Origin: Dehalococcoidia bacterium
GTDB lineage: Bacteria > Chloroflexota > Dehalococcoidia > Plut-88900
Length of the DNA stretch: 64,000 nt
Assembly: GCA_965207225.1 (NCBI GenBank)
Contig: CBDBLV010000005.1
Coordinates: 1,440,001-1,504,000 of the forward strand
Direction of reading: 5' to 3'
Shown piece after piece: positions 1-10,002 of the stretch; position 1 is the stretch's first letter; each line of letters starts with the position of its first letter. The translations under genes and the position numbers were made by a program. The notes under the pieces were generated by a model, which was given only the letters and a program-made list of their open reading frames with translations, did no database searches and was not told the origin of the DNA.

Positions 1-1
1 G

Positions 2-3000
2 CGACTCCGGGTCGGCAAGAGCCTCATCGGGGAGCAGGTCCCCAGCCCCGACCTCGATCTGGAAGCCGTTGATGAAGGGAGATATAACACCCGCCTCCGA
101 CAACATGCCTAGGAGTCGACCCAGGAGCCGCTGGTGCTCGTTAGCTATCTTCAGCCGCTGGATCAGCTCCTCCTGCGATACCGTTTCACCCGCCTTGCGT
201 TCCCATCCTAGCCTCTCCAGCGCATTAAGTGCGTAGGACTGGGAAAGCCGCTCCAAATCCTTCAGGAAATCCGCCCTGTCCCGGGATTCGACGCCCTCTT
301 CAAGTAGATAGTCATTAAAGCTGCGCGATTCTTGGGATAATCTTGCTGGGTCGGCCAGGAAGTCCGCGGGAGGCATGCCTTTGGTAAGGGGTTTTCCCCG
401 CCAGAGGACTTCGTACAGTATGTCCTTGAGACTATCCCTGGCAGAGAGCAGCGCAGCCCTGGTCGCTCTCTTCGCCGTGTACCCCATCAGGGCGCCAAGA
501 GGAGCGCCTTCCATGGAGTAGAACCGTACGTCCGCAACGACGGTCTCCGGCGGCCCGACAGATGTCGAGTCCACCCCTCCCCTCGATGCGGGATTCCTCA
601 GGGTGGAGTGACACAGGATCCTCTCCGGCATGGGCCCGGACACCCACAAACGCTCCCAACCAAACGGGAGGTAAACGGCCCCCTGCTCCACCTTCATCAT
701 GTGCCGTGCTATCGCCGAGATCTGGAAACAACCATCCAACAGAAGGGGATGCAGCTCTATGCCGGCCGCATCCACGGATTCCTGGAGCGCAAGTTCGCCG
801 AGGGATTCACCTTCCCTGGCCCAGAGTGCCCTTAGCGAGTGATAGGACGGCCCGAGATGAATCTCACCGCTCCACCTCATCCGGTAGAACGCGTCCGTGT
901 CCTGCTGCTCCAGTGCATCCTTTATTTCATCCGGGTTGACGGGTGCGAGTTGTTCAGAGTCAGACAGACCTGATGACAGCCTGCCTTCGGCATGAAGCGT
1001 CCAGCCTTCTTCGGTTTCACCTTTGCTGAAAATCTGGAAGCCACGCTCCGATGAATCCGCAGGGGCATCCAGAATTAGCTGCAGTTTGCGGCCTTCCTCC
1101 CTGCCGCCTTCTTCCGACTCTTCGTAGTCGAAGATCAGGGCGCTGTGCATCTGCACGTCATCCACCGTCGCTAAACCTTCGTGTTCGGCTAAGGATGCTG
1201 AAATAGGCATGGCGCCGTAGAGAGCGCCGGGCGCAACTATACGGTCGTAGACGAGGTGGTCCACCAACCAGGCGGGGTCCGACGGGAACATCTCCGTCTC
1301 GAACATCACCTCTCCGCGCGGCGACTCATGCCGAGTCCCCAGAAGAGGATGACCCGCATCCTGCCGTCGGCGCTTCGATGTCTGCACCCAGTGATGCTTC
1401 CGCTGGAACGCGTACGTCGGCAGCGACACACGGCGCCGCTCTTCCCCGCTGAACAGCCCTTCGAACCTGATGGGCAGGCCCGCTTCGTATGCTCCGGCCA
1501 CCGCCGCCACGAAACCGCCTCCCGTGTCTATAACTGGCTCATTCGGGTCCCGAGGCGGACGTCTTAGGCTCTGGAGCACTATAGGAGTGCCACTAGGCGA
1601 CGCCTCGGGCCACGTCATCGACACCACCGGTTCCAGAATCGCATGAGGCCCAAGCTCCACCACAACTTCCACCCCCATCTCTGCCAGCGTCTCGACACAG
1701 CTGCGGAATGCCACAGGCTCCCGCGCGTGGCGTCTCCAGTAGGCGGCATCCATCCGCTCATCTTCTCCGATTGGTCTGCCGTTCAGGTCGCTGATCAAGG
1801 GAACCGAGGGTGCGGGTGGTGTTCCGGCTATCTCTCCAACCGCTGCTGCCAGGTCATCCAGCGCAGGCTCCATCAGGGCGCTGTGATACGCCGGGCTTTT
1901 CCTCAACCGCCTCACCTTGACGTCTTCCGCTTCAAAGATCTCGACTACCGCATCCACGTCCTTGCCCGGCCCGCTCACTACCTGCTGCAGTCCATTGTCC
2001 ACCGCTACGCTCAGCCCGACGTCGTCGGAGTTGGCGTTGTGCTCCTCGACTACCGCCGCAACCCGCGAGGCAGGCGCAAACACCGCCGCCATTGCCCCGT
2101 CTTCTCTCGTAGACCCCAGCAGCGTGCCCCGCGCCGAGGTAAAGCGCAGCCCTTGTTCCAGGTTGAACACCCCTGCCGCCTGCGATGCCGCTATCTCCCC
2201 CAGGCTGTGGCCCACCACAACATCGGGCTTTATTCCCACGCTCGCCCACAGCGCTGTCAGCGCGGCTTCCAGCGAATAGATGGCGGGTTGCGTCCACTTG
2301 GGCTCATCCAACAAGCCTTCGGTCCCATTCCGACCGAACATCACATCCAGCAGCGACACCCCCCGCTCTTCAAAGAGCAAACGGTCGCACTGGTCCAGCA
2401 CCGCCCGGAACACGGGCTCCCTTTCGTACAATTTCTTGCCCATCCCCACCCACTGAGCCCCTTGTCCCGTGAAAACAAAGGCCACCTTGCTTGCGGCTCT
2501 TGTTTGTCTGTCCGAGTCGCCATCACCATCGGCCAGCGACTTTAACGCCTCCCTCAAATGCGCCACTTCGCTGAACACGACTCCTGCGCGATGAGAGAAA
2601 TGGCTCCTCCCCACGGCAGCGGTCCACGCTGCGTCCGCGAGCGCCGCCTCCGTACCCGTCGACTCAGCAGGTATCCCTCCGCCCTGTTCATCCAGCCATG
2701 CCAGGTACTGGGTTGCCATGTCTCGCAGCGCTTCGGGCGATTTAGCTGAAAGCGGCAGGACCCGGGTCTCCCGTTCGCCTCCTTTCTCCAGGTCTCTGCT
2801 AGCCGGTTGACACGGAACGGTCAATTCGGGACCCGAGGGAGGGGCCATAGTGGCCGGGTCTGAACAGACCAACGGCTGCCCATAGCCCTCTACAACTACG
2901 TGCGAGTTCGTGCCCGACCATCCGAAAGAGTTGATGCCCGAGAGGGGAAGCCTGCCAGAATTTACAGGCCACGCAGTGTTTGTGTCCGTCACACGCACGG

Positions 3001-4003
3001 GCAGGTTCTCCCAGTCGATCCGCGGGTTCGGGTCTCTAAAGTTGAGGTGTTTCGGGATAACTCCATGTCTCATTGCCAGAACGGATTTGATTAGGCCCGC
3101 GACACCCGCCGCAGGCCCCAGGTGTCCGATGTTGGTCTTTACAGAGCCAATCAGTAAAGGATTATCTTTTTCGCGCCCCATCCCATAGACCGCCGTCGCC
3201 GCATTCAGTTCGATCGGGTCCCCGACCACCGTCCCCGTGCCGTGCGCTTCCAGGTAGTCCATGTCAGAGGGGCAAATGCGTGCCCGGGCCAGAGCTTCCT
3301 CGATTGCCTTCTCCTGGGATGGTGCGCTGGGCACCGTAAGCCCCTGGCTCGCGCCGTCCTGGTTAACCGAGGTACCCCTGATGACGCCCCAGATGCGGTC
3401 TCCATCGGCCTCCGCCTGACTGAGAAGCTTGAGGACTACAAGCCCACACCCTTCGCCACAGACAAATCCGTCGGCCGATGCATCGAATGTCCAGCATTAG
3501 CCCGTGGGGGACAACATCCCGGCATTTGCGCGCAATTCCAACGGGCGACCCGCCAGGAATATATGGACCCCGCCGGCAATGGCCAGATCGGTATCATTTC
3601 TCTGCAACCCCGCCACCGCCTGGTGGATTGCAACCAGCGAGGATGAGCAGGCCGTGTCAATCGCCATCGACGGCCCTTCCAGCCCCAGCGCGAACGAGAC
3701 GCGGCCTATGGCCGTGTTCAAGGCAGTTCCCGTAACTGCATAGAGCCCGCCCGCAGCTTCCACACTCTCAGGAGAGTTGATTACCATCTCCCGGTAGTCG
3801 TAGTTGCTGATGCCTGCGTAGACCCCCGTACGGCTTCCCTTGAGGCTCTCGGGGTCTATGGCCGCGTCTTCCAGTGCTTGCCAGCTCACCTCCAGCATCA
3901 TGCGCTGCTGGGGGTCGAGCATCTGGGCCTCGATTGGTGAAATGCGGAAGAACTCAGCATCGAACTGGTCCAGGTCTTCTATGAACGCTCCGTAGCGGAG
4001 CGC
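2..4003 (-). pseudogene. Type I PKS (KS-AT-DH, continuing off the left edge), 5'-truncated, with an in-frame TAA at 3497-3499; SupA-like
   Basis: Manual translation of motif segments that share one frame. KS motifs: DPQQR, DTACSSS, (stop)CWTFDASADGFVCGEG, EAHGTGT, KTNIGH. AT motifs: VFTGQGAQW, GHSLG, AYHS. DH motifs: HPLLG and DHLVYDRIVAPG. The KS N-terminus is missing. Confidence 0.85.
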
Positions 4004-7000
4004 GCTGAAGCTGTAGATGTTCTGGTCGTCGTCTCCTACGGCAAACAGGTTCAATCGCTGGTCGTGGTCCATCTTGGTGCGTCCCGCCAGGGCTGAAATG
4101 AGCCTGTACTCCAGTTCCTTGATATCCTGATATTCGTCCACCAGGATCCATCGGAATCCGGCCAGCAGCCTTTCTCGCAGCTCGTCTCCTTCATCGGGCC
4201 CCGCGTTCCTTCCTTCAAGCAGGTCTATGGCCTCCTTAAGGACGTCGTCGAAGATGGTCTGCTGTCTGGCCTCGCCCTGGTCGACGGAACCAGCGAAGGT
4301 GGACCCCGCCAGGCGCATGGCGAGGGCGTGACAGGTGAGGACCGTCACCCCGGCGGCATCTTCTCCGATCAGGTCGTGAAGGCGCTGCCGAATCTGAACG
4401 GCCGCGTGCCGGTTGTACGCCAGTGCTAGGATGGACCTGGGGTTTTCTCTCCTTGCGCGAACCAGGTAGGCTATGCGGTGAACCAGCACCCTGGTCTTGC
4501 CCGAACCGGGCCCGGCCAATACGAGAACGTTGGCGTTCTGCCGGTTGTCCGTAACGATGGCACGCTGAATCCTGCTGTTCAGACTATCGACGATCCTGCG
4601 CCAGGACTCCGGTGTGGTCTGCCTGCCCAATTCGTGCTTTTTTTCGGACAGCCATTTGTCCAGGAAACGCTCCCTCGACAAGCTGAAGTAGTCCAGGGTC
4701 AGGCGCACGGCGTCGGCCACGGATGCCAGGCCCTTCTCCGCATACTCGGCCATGATGTGGATCTGCAGGGTCTGCTCGGCATAGTGGATCTGCAGGGGCT
4801 TGAAGTGGGACTGGAGAAAGCGGCCTTGATCCTTCTTCAGGCGGATGGTCATGGCTGACCTAAAGACCGACATTCCCCTGTTGAGGCGCAAGACCTCCTG
4901 GTCGTGCAGCCACAACAGGGCCTGCCGCAGGAGGCGGTCTGCGTCGACTGACCTGTCAAGCAACTGGCCAAAAGTCAGGGCTTCGGTTAGCTGGCCCACC
5001 GTGGTTTCCACCAGCAGATCGGCACCCCGTGCGCCCCTGTCCAGCTTTGAAAGCAGGTGCCTAAGAACCGAATCTGCGGCCTGGCGCCTTCGGAGGGAGC
5101 TGTCCCTTACCGAACTCCAATCCGTGAGCAGTGTTATGTGCATCACCTCGTTCCCGCCAGTGCGCACACGCATGTTCGTCCTGTTTTCGCCCTTCTCGAG
5201 TCCGTCTCCGGCGATGCTCTTCAGGCTCCGTTGCACGAGGAGGGGCAGAGCGTTCTTGTGACCCCCGTGCTTCAGGCGCTGGCTGGCCTCCCGCAGGTAG
5301 AGGGGCACGGTCTCATCCCTGTCCAGGTGTGGGGCCTGTTCCTGCAGCAGCCTTATCAGCTCCTCTTCCATAGCCGCAGCCTGGGAGAAACGCTCCAACG
5401 ATGGACGATGCACGCCCTGATGAACGTAGGCCGTTAGAATGGTGTCGTCGGAGACCAATCCCAGCCGGGCCAGGTCAGCCATCGCCTTCCGCACGCCCCC
5501 GACGGTGAGGCCGGTGATGCCGCCAAGTTCGTCGGTGGTTATGCCTTCGTCGCTGGCGGCATTGATCAGTCGCCGCAGAATCTGGACTAGCTGCTGCCTG
5601 TAGGTGAATTCGAGATTCCGATCGCCTTGTAATGCTCTACGGGCCTCCTCTATGGACCGGACCTGGAGGGAGGCGGGGAAGACCCTCACCTCGTTCTCGT
5701 GACGCGAGAGAAACTCCGCCTCTTCCAGCCAGGAGACGGCCGTCCTCACCCTGGTATCGTCGGTGGCCGTGTCCCTCTCGAAGTCCTGCTCCTCGTCCTT
5801 GAGGAGGATCTCCCCGGATGTGGCGACGACCTCTCCGTCAGTCCTCTTCCTGCGGTCCAGCTTCTTAAGGGCCCTGAGAACGGCGTTGATCTCGTGCTGG
5901 GCGAGGCGGGACCTGGCCGTCATCCGGTGCTGTCTCTCGATGTCCTGGTCGGCATAAAGGAGGACACAGTGGGCGGCATCGTTGTCACGGCCCGCCCGGC
6001 CCGCCTCCTGCAGATAGTTCTCCAGCGAACCCGGTATGTCCGCATGGACTACCAGCCGGACGTCGGGCTTGTCGATGCCCATGCCGAAGGCGTTGGTGGC
6101 GGCGATGGCCCTGAGCCTTCCGTCTATAAAGTCCTCCTGTACCTGCTTCTTCCTCTCCGGGGTCAGCCCGGCGTGGAAATGCTCCGCCTGGATCCCCTTG
6201 CTCGCGAGGTACTCGGCGGTCTTCTCGGCGTTTTTTCTTGTGGCACAGTAGACGATGGCTCCACCCTCCAGGTCACCGGGCAGGTAGCTCTCGATAACAG
6301 AGTGCAGGTGGGCCAGCCTGTGGGTCTCGGTGGTCTGGATCACAGCGAACTGCAGATTGGAGCGCTCCGTACCACCGTCTTCCACGTCCAGGTCGACGTT
6401 TACGGTCTCCCGGAAGTAGTCGACGATCTCCCGCCTTACGTCCGGCTTGGCGGTGGCGGTGAGGCAGAGGACGGGTGGGGGCTCTCCTCCATCCCGATGT
6501 CGATCTATAAAGCGCCCGATGTAGCGGTAGTCGGGCCGAAAGTCGTGTCCCCACTTTGAAAGGCAGTGGGCCTCGTCCAGGACCCATGCACCGATCTGCC
6601 TCTGGTCCAGTGCGTTCCTCAGCGACCTGCTCCTCAACTGCTCCGGCGAAATGAGCAGGATAGAGGCCTCTCCCAGCCGCACCTTGTCCAGGGCACTCCT
6701 CCTCTCCGGCATGGAGAGGAGACCGTTGACTGTAACGCAGGAGGTCACACTCCGCTTCTCCAGGTTTGCCACCTGGTCCGCCATGAGCGCAACCAGCGGC
6801 GAAATCACCACCGTAAGGGAGCCCGCCTTGTCGTACCGGGAAAGGGCCGGCACCTGGTAGCAGACAGACTTGCCCGCGCCCGTGGGAAGCACCGCCAAAA
6901 GATGCCGGCCCAGCATGGCCTTCTCGACAATCTTTTCCTGGAGTGAAACACCCTGCTCGTCCGCGGGCTCGGCCTTGAACTTATCGAAGTCGAACCACCG

Positions 7001-7861
7001 CTTAAGCTCCCTTGTAGGGTCGTGACGCTCCCGGCACCAGCCGCACTCCGGCCGCTGACATGGGCTGTCCCGCAGCCTCTTGACCATTTCGCCGGCCTGG
7101 GGGAACTGGAACAGCACCCATGGCGGCATCACTGAGTTTGTTCCGGCCACCGACAGCCAGGCGAGCACGTAGGCCAGGGGCCATTCCTGCTCCTCAACTT
7201 CGCCCAGGACCGACCGGGTGTAGATCTCGCAGCCCTGTCCCTCAAGCCTCCTCCGTATTGCCCCTTGCGCCTCGTCCAGTGTAGGCCTTATGGCGCGCCT
7301 CAAGGTCGAGAATACCAAGTCAAACCCGGCGCCGTCCTTACCCCCGGTCAGCCAGTGCCAGGCAGTGAGCAAGTTGGGCGGAGCGTCCGCCAATTCCTTT
7401 AACTGGTACGCGAAGGCCTCCGCGGCAAGCTTGCTGTCCAGCAGGGGATCGTTGAGCCCCCTTCGGACCAGCCCTCCGTCCTTGTAGTGCTTGACCAATC
7501 GGTGATAGGGGTGTTTGGGGAAGGCGAGGGGGTTGAGACGGAGGCTGTCCACAACCGGCATTTCGAGGAGCTTCAGGTGGGGATTCAGGGCCTTGAGATG
7601 GGGAATATCGAAAGCGATTACGTTATGGCCGAGTAGGAAGGACGCGCCCTCCGCGAGCCGATCGAACCGCTCGAGGTCACTGCCTTTGGGCCGGTCGGAC
7701 ATGGAGAGGGAGGCGTCGGTGTCTGGGCGGAAGGCGGCCGCTTGGAGGAGAGTACCGTCGTCGGTGGAGACCTCCAGGTCCAGGGATAGGCATCGACGAA
7801 GGGCCGGGTAGGGTACTTGGGGGATGGCGGGTTGACTTCGCTTGTTCGACGGGTTCTGCAA
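3497..7861 (-). CDS. Exonuclease-like/RecQ/UvrD multidomain helicase, truncated in UvrD and fused in frame to a KS fragment
   Basis: N-terminal LDLEV/GHN/DSL (DEDD-like). RecQ motifs PTGAGKS, DEAHC, WGHDFRPDY, ATNAFGMGIDK, QEAGRAGRD. UvrD motifs AGPGSGKT, VDEYQD, VGDDDQNIY. The sequence switches to KS at about 4003. Confidence 0.85.
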   Translation of the reverse strand: MQNPSNKRSQPAIPQVPYPALRRCLSLDLEVSTDDGTLLQAAAFRPDTDASLSMSDRPKGSDLERFDRLAEGASFLLGHNVIAFDIPHLKALNPHLKLLEMPVVDSLRLNPLAFPKHPYHRLVKHYKDGGLVRRGLNDPLLDSKLAAEAFAYQLKELADAPPNLLTAWHWLTGGKDGAGFDLVFSTLRRAIRPTLDEAQGAIRRRLEGQGCEIYTRSVLGEVEEQEWPLAYVLAWLSVAGTNSVMPPWVLFQFPQAGEMVKRLRDSPCQRPECGWCRERHDPTRELKRWFDFDKFKAEPADEQGVSLQEKIVEKAMLGRHLLAVLPTGAGKSVCYQVPALSRYDKAGSLTVVISPLVALMADQVANLEKRSVTSCVTVNGLLSMPERRSALDKVRLGEASILLISPEQLRSRSLRNALDQRQIGAWVLDEAHCLSKWGHDFRPDYRYIGRFIDRHRDGGEPPPVLCLTATAKPDVRREIVDYFRETVNVDLDVEDGGTERSNLQFAVIQTTETHRLAHLHSVIESYLPGDLEGGAIVYCATRKNAEKTAEYLASKGIQAEHFHAGLTPERKKQVQEDFIDGRLRAIAATNAFGMGIDKPDVRLVVHADIPGSLENYLQEAGRAGRDNDAAHCVLLYADQDIERQHRMTARSRLAQHEINAVLRALKKLDRRKRTDGEVVATSGEILLKDEEQDFERDTATDDTRVRTAVSWLEEAEFLSRHENEVRVFPASLQVRSIEEARRALQGDRNLEFTYRQQLVQILRRLINAASDEGITTDELGGITGLTVGGVRKAMADLARLGLVSDDTILTAYVHQGVHRPSLERFSQAAAMEEELIRLLQEQAPHLDRDETVPLYLREASQRLKHGGHKNALPLLVQRSLKSIAGDGLEKGENRTNMRVRTGGNEVMHITLLTDWSSVRDSSLRRRQAADSVLRHLLSKLDRGARGADLLVETTVGQLTEALTFGQLLDRSVDADRLLRQALLWLHDQEVLRLNRGMSVFRSAMTIRLKKDQGRFLQSHFKPLQIHYAEQTLQIHIMAEYAEKGLASVADAVRLTLDYFSLSRERFLDKWLSEKKHELGRQTTPESWRRIVDSLNSRIQRAIVTDNRQNANVLVLAGPGSGKTRVLVHRIAYLVRARRENPRSILALAYNRHAAVQIRQRLHDLIGEDAAGVTVLTCHALAMRLAGSTFAGSVDQGEARQQTIFDDVLKEAIDLLEGRNAGPDEGDELRERLLAGFRWILVDEYQDIKELEYRLISALAGRTKMDHDQRLNLFAVGDDDQNIYSFSALRYGAFIEDLDQFDAEFFRISPIEAQMLDPQQRMMLEVSWQALEDAAIDPESLKGSRTGVYAGISNYDYREMVINSPESVEAAGGLYAVTGTALNTAIGRVSFALGLEGPSMAIDTACSSSLVAIHQAVAGLQRNDTDLAIAGGVHIFLAGRPLELRANAGMLSPTG

Positions 7862-8304
7862 AGCGGCTGGGAGCTCCAGTTGATGGCTGGCAGCGGGGAA
7901 GTCTACGGGACTATATCACATGGGTACTCGTACAGCTGCTCGGTGGGCTGCCTATCACAGGATGCGATGGCGATGCATTCGAGAGTCCGGCGTGTATTCC
8001 AGATCAAGCCATAGCTATAAAACTTCAAAATAGCCCAATTGGCGACGGGGCTTCAAACAAATAATGTCAGGCAATTATACATGCTCCAATATATTGACGG
8101 TACCACTTTGTATTCATGTCATAGTGTGCACGATGTAAAATGCGTACATCGTGGTTTCCGGACCACCATAAAACGGAGATGACAAACAGGCACTCTGACC
8201 ATCTATTGCACTACAAAGAGACTTCGCGAACGGAAGAGCATGGAAGGACAAGTAGTGCGCATTGACTGTAGAACCCTAGCGTATTGAGTTGAGGGCCAAG
8301 TGAA

Positions 8305-8607
8305 ATGCAGGACGATTACAAGCATAAAGCGATCTCGCTGCTAAAGGCGGCTAGTTCGCCATGTGGACTTAGCGAATATCCTGATGATTTTTGGGCAGAC
8401 AGAGAAGATGAACGATCGATACTGACTGAACTTCACAAGAGAGGATACATAGAGGGGAATTACGCGACGCTCTATGGGAGGAACTACTTGGGAGAATTGA
8501 CAGCACGGAAGAAAACGTGGCTCAAGAAGAATTGGCATCCGATAGCTACGTTAATTGTGGGTGGGATTGCAATCTTCTGGCCGGTTCTTGCTCAACAGAT
8601 TTTCTAA
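8305..8607 (+). CDS. Hypothetical protein with C-terminal transmembrane helix
   Basis: 100-aa ORF with hydrophobic C-terminus IATLIVGGIAIFWPVLA. Confidence 0.5.
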   Translation: MQDDYKHKAISLLKAASSPCGLSEYPDDFWADREDERSILTELHKRGYIEGNYATLYGRNYLGELTARKKTWLKKNWHPIATLIVGGIAIFWPVLAQQIF

Positions 8608-9009
8608 CCTGAAGGAAACTGCACGATGACTACCAGGAATGCACCATGACTTGTCAACGACCTGGATTCGAAAGGACTTGAAACCAGACCATTGAGCAGG
8701 GCCACCCAACATGCCAAATCTCCATTTTCAAACGGAGTCCAATAGAGAGAAGACATCACCGATGGCCGATGGGAATTACATTTCCCGGGTTGATAAAGAT
8801 CAACCAGAGTGTGGTGAGCGAAGGCAGGTGAACAACTACAAACTAGGACATGGTGACGGCGGGAGTGGAGCGCCATCTTCCTCTGTCACCTCTGAGATTT
8901 TGATGTGGGCCGTATCCATGGATGTCCCGAGAAATGGCGACAACGTGGGGATCCCAGAGGTATCCTCAGAGGATGTCGTCCTAACCGTCGCGTGTAAGAC
9001 GATTGACTA

Positions 9010-9276
9010 ATGCAGGGACGAATTACGCGACTACCTGGGCCGGGAGCCCAAGAGAGATTCGTCCCTCAAGTATGTGATGATGACCGCTCCGTGTACCCGG
9101 GAAAGGCGGAGAACATTCCTGTCCAATGTGGCGGGTTACTAGTCTACAGCACCACTTTTGATGGGATTCCAGCCGGATACTACGACTGGGTGGAAGAAGG
9201 AGACGGTCAGACTCCGATGGCCAAAAACTTAGGGGCTCTAAGCTGGAAACAGACCCTCGTGGGAGTTCATAACTAG
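9010..9276 (+). CDS. Hypothetical protein
   Basis: 88-aa ORF coupled (TAATG) to the upstream ORF 8711-9010. Confidence 0.35.
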   Translation: MQGRITRLPGPGAQERFVPQVCDDDRSVYPGKAENIPVQCGGLLVYSTTFDGIPAGYYDWVEEGDGQTPMAKNLGALSWKQTLVGVHN

Positions 9277-9481
9277 CGAATGCGGAAGCCGAGTTGCCTC
9301 GATCCAACGCACCCAGTCGTGGCCCTTAAGGGAACCGGGATGCGATTGAAAATACTACGCCGCACGCTGGCCGAGCAGCCAGATCGGTTGTCGTCGATGA
9401 TGTGCTTTCCTCGTGACTGGACCAGATTAGGAACCTAGGATGAAATTCGGGAACACACCTTTTTGAGCATGAACCCTCAAA

Positions 9482-9745
9482 TTGGCTGCCAAAACCGCGG
9501 CCATAGAATACAAGCCGGTGGTGGAAACTAGCGGCAAGGTCAGAAAGAGGTGTATGTTGGATCCTTTCAAAACGGCAGAATGGGCGCTATCCAAGGCATG
9601 TAATGCCATGAGAGCCGGTGACGGATGTGAACATTCCGGATGTGCAGAAGCTTTGGATGCGTATGAAGTGCTGGGGAGACTTCAAAGATTTGAAGGTATG
9701 GATAATAACGGGCAACTGGTAAAGGGCTACATCATCGAAGACTAG
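9482..9745 (+). CDS. Hypothetical protein
   Basis: 87-aa ORF with no recognisable motif. Confidence 0.35.
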   Translation: MAAKTAAIEYKPVVETSGKVRKRCMLDPFKTAEWALSKACNAMRAGDGCEHSGCAEALDAYEVLGRLQRFEGMDNNGQLVKGYIIED

Positions 9746-10002
9746 GCGCTACGGTTTCATTGCCCTGAACGAGCATCAATGTTCAGGAGAATCCAGCAGT
9801 AGCTTTGGCAAGCACTTTCGGTGTCCTGCTTCTAGGCATCTATTGCTTCATAGGCGGATCTTTAGCTCGCAGACCTCAAAATGTTGGTTTGCGGGCGTTG
9901 AGTTGTTGCTTAATAGCCAGCCCATGCAGCCGCGGATGCCGGTCCCGTTGATTTGTGGTCGCTAGACGCTTTGCTCTGATCTGAACTTGCCTGGGACAAG
10001 CA

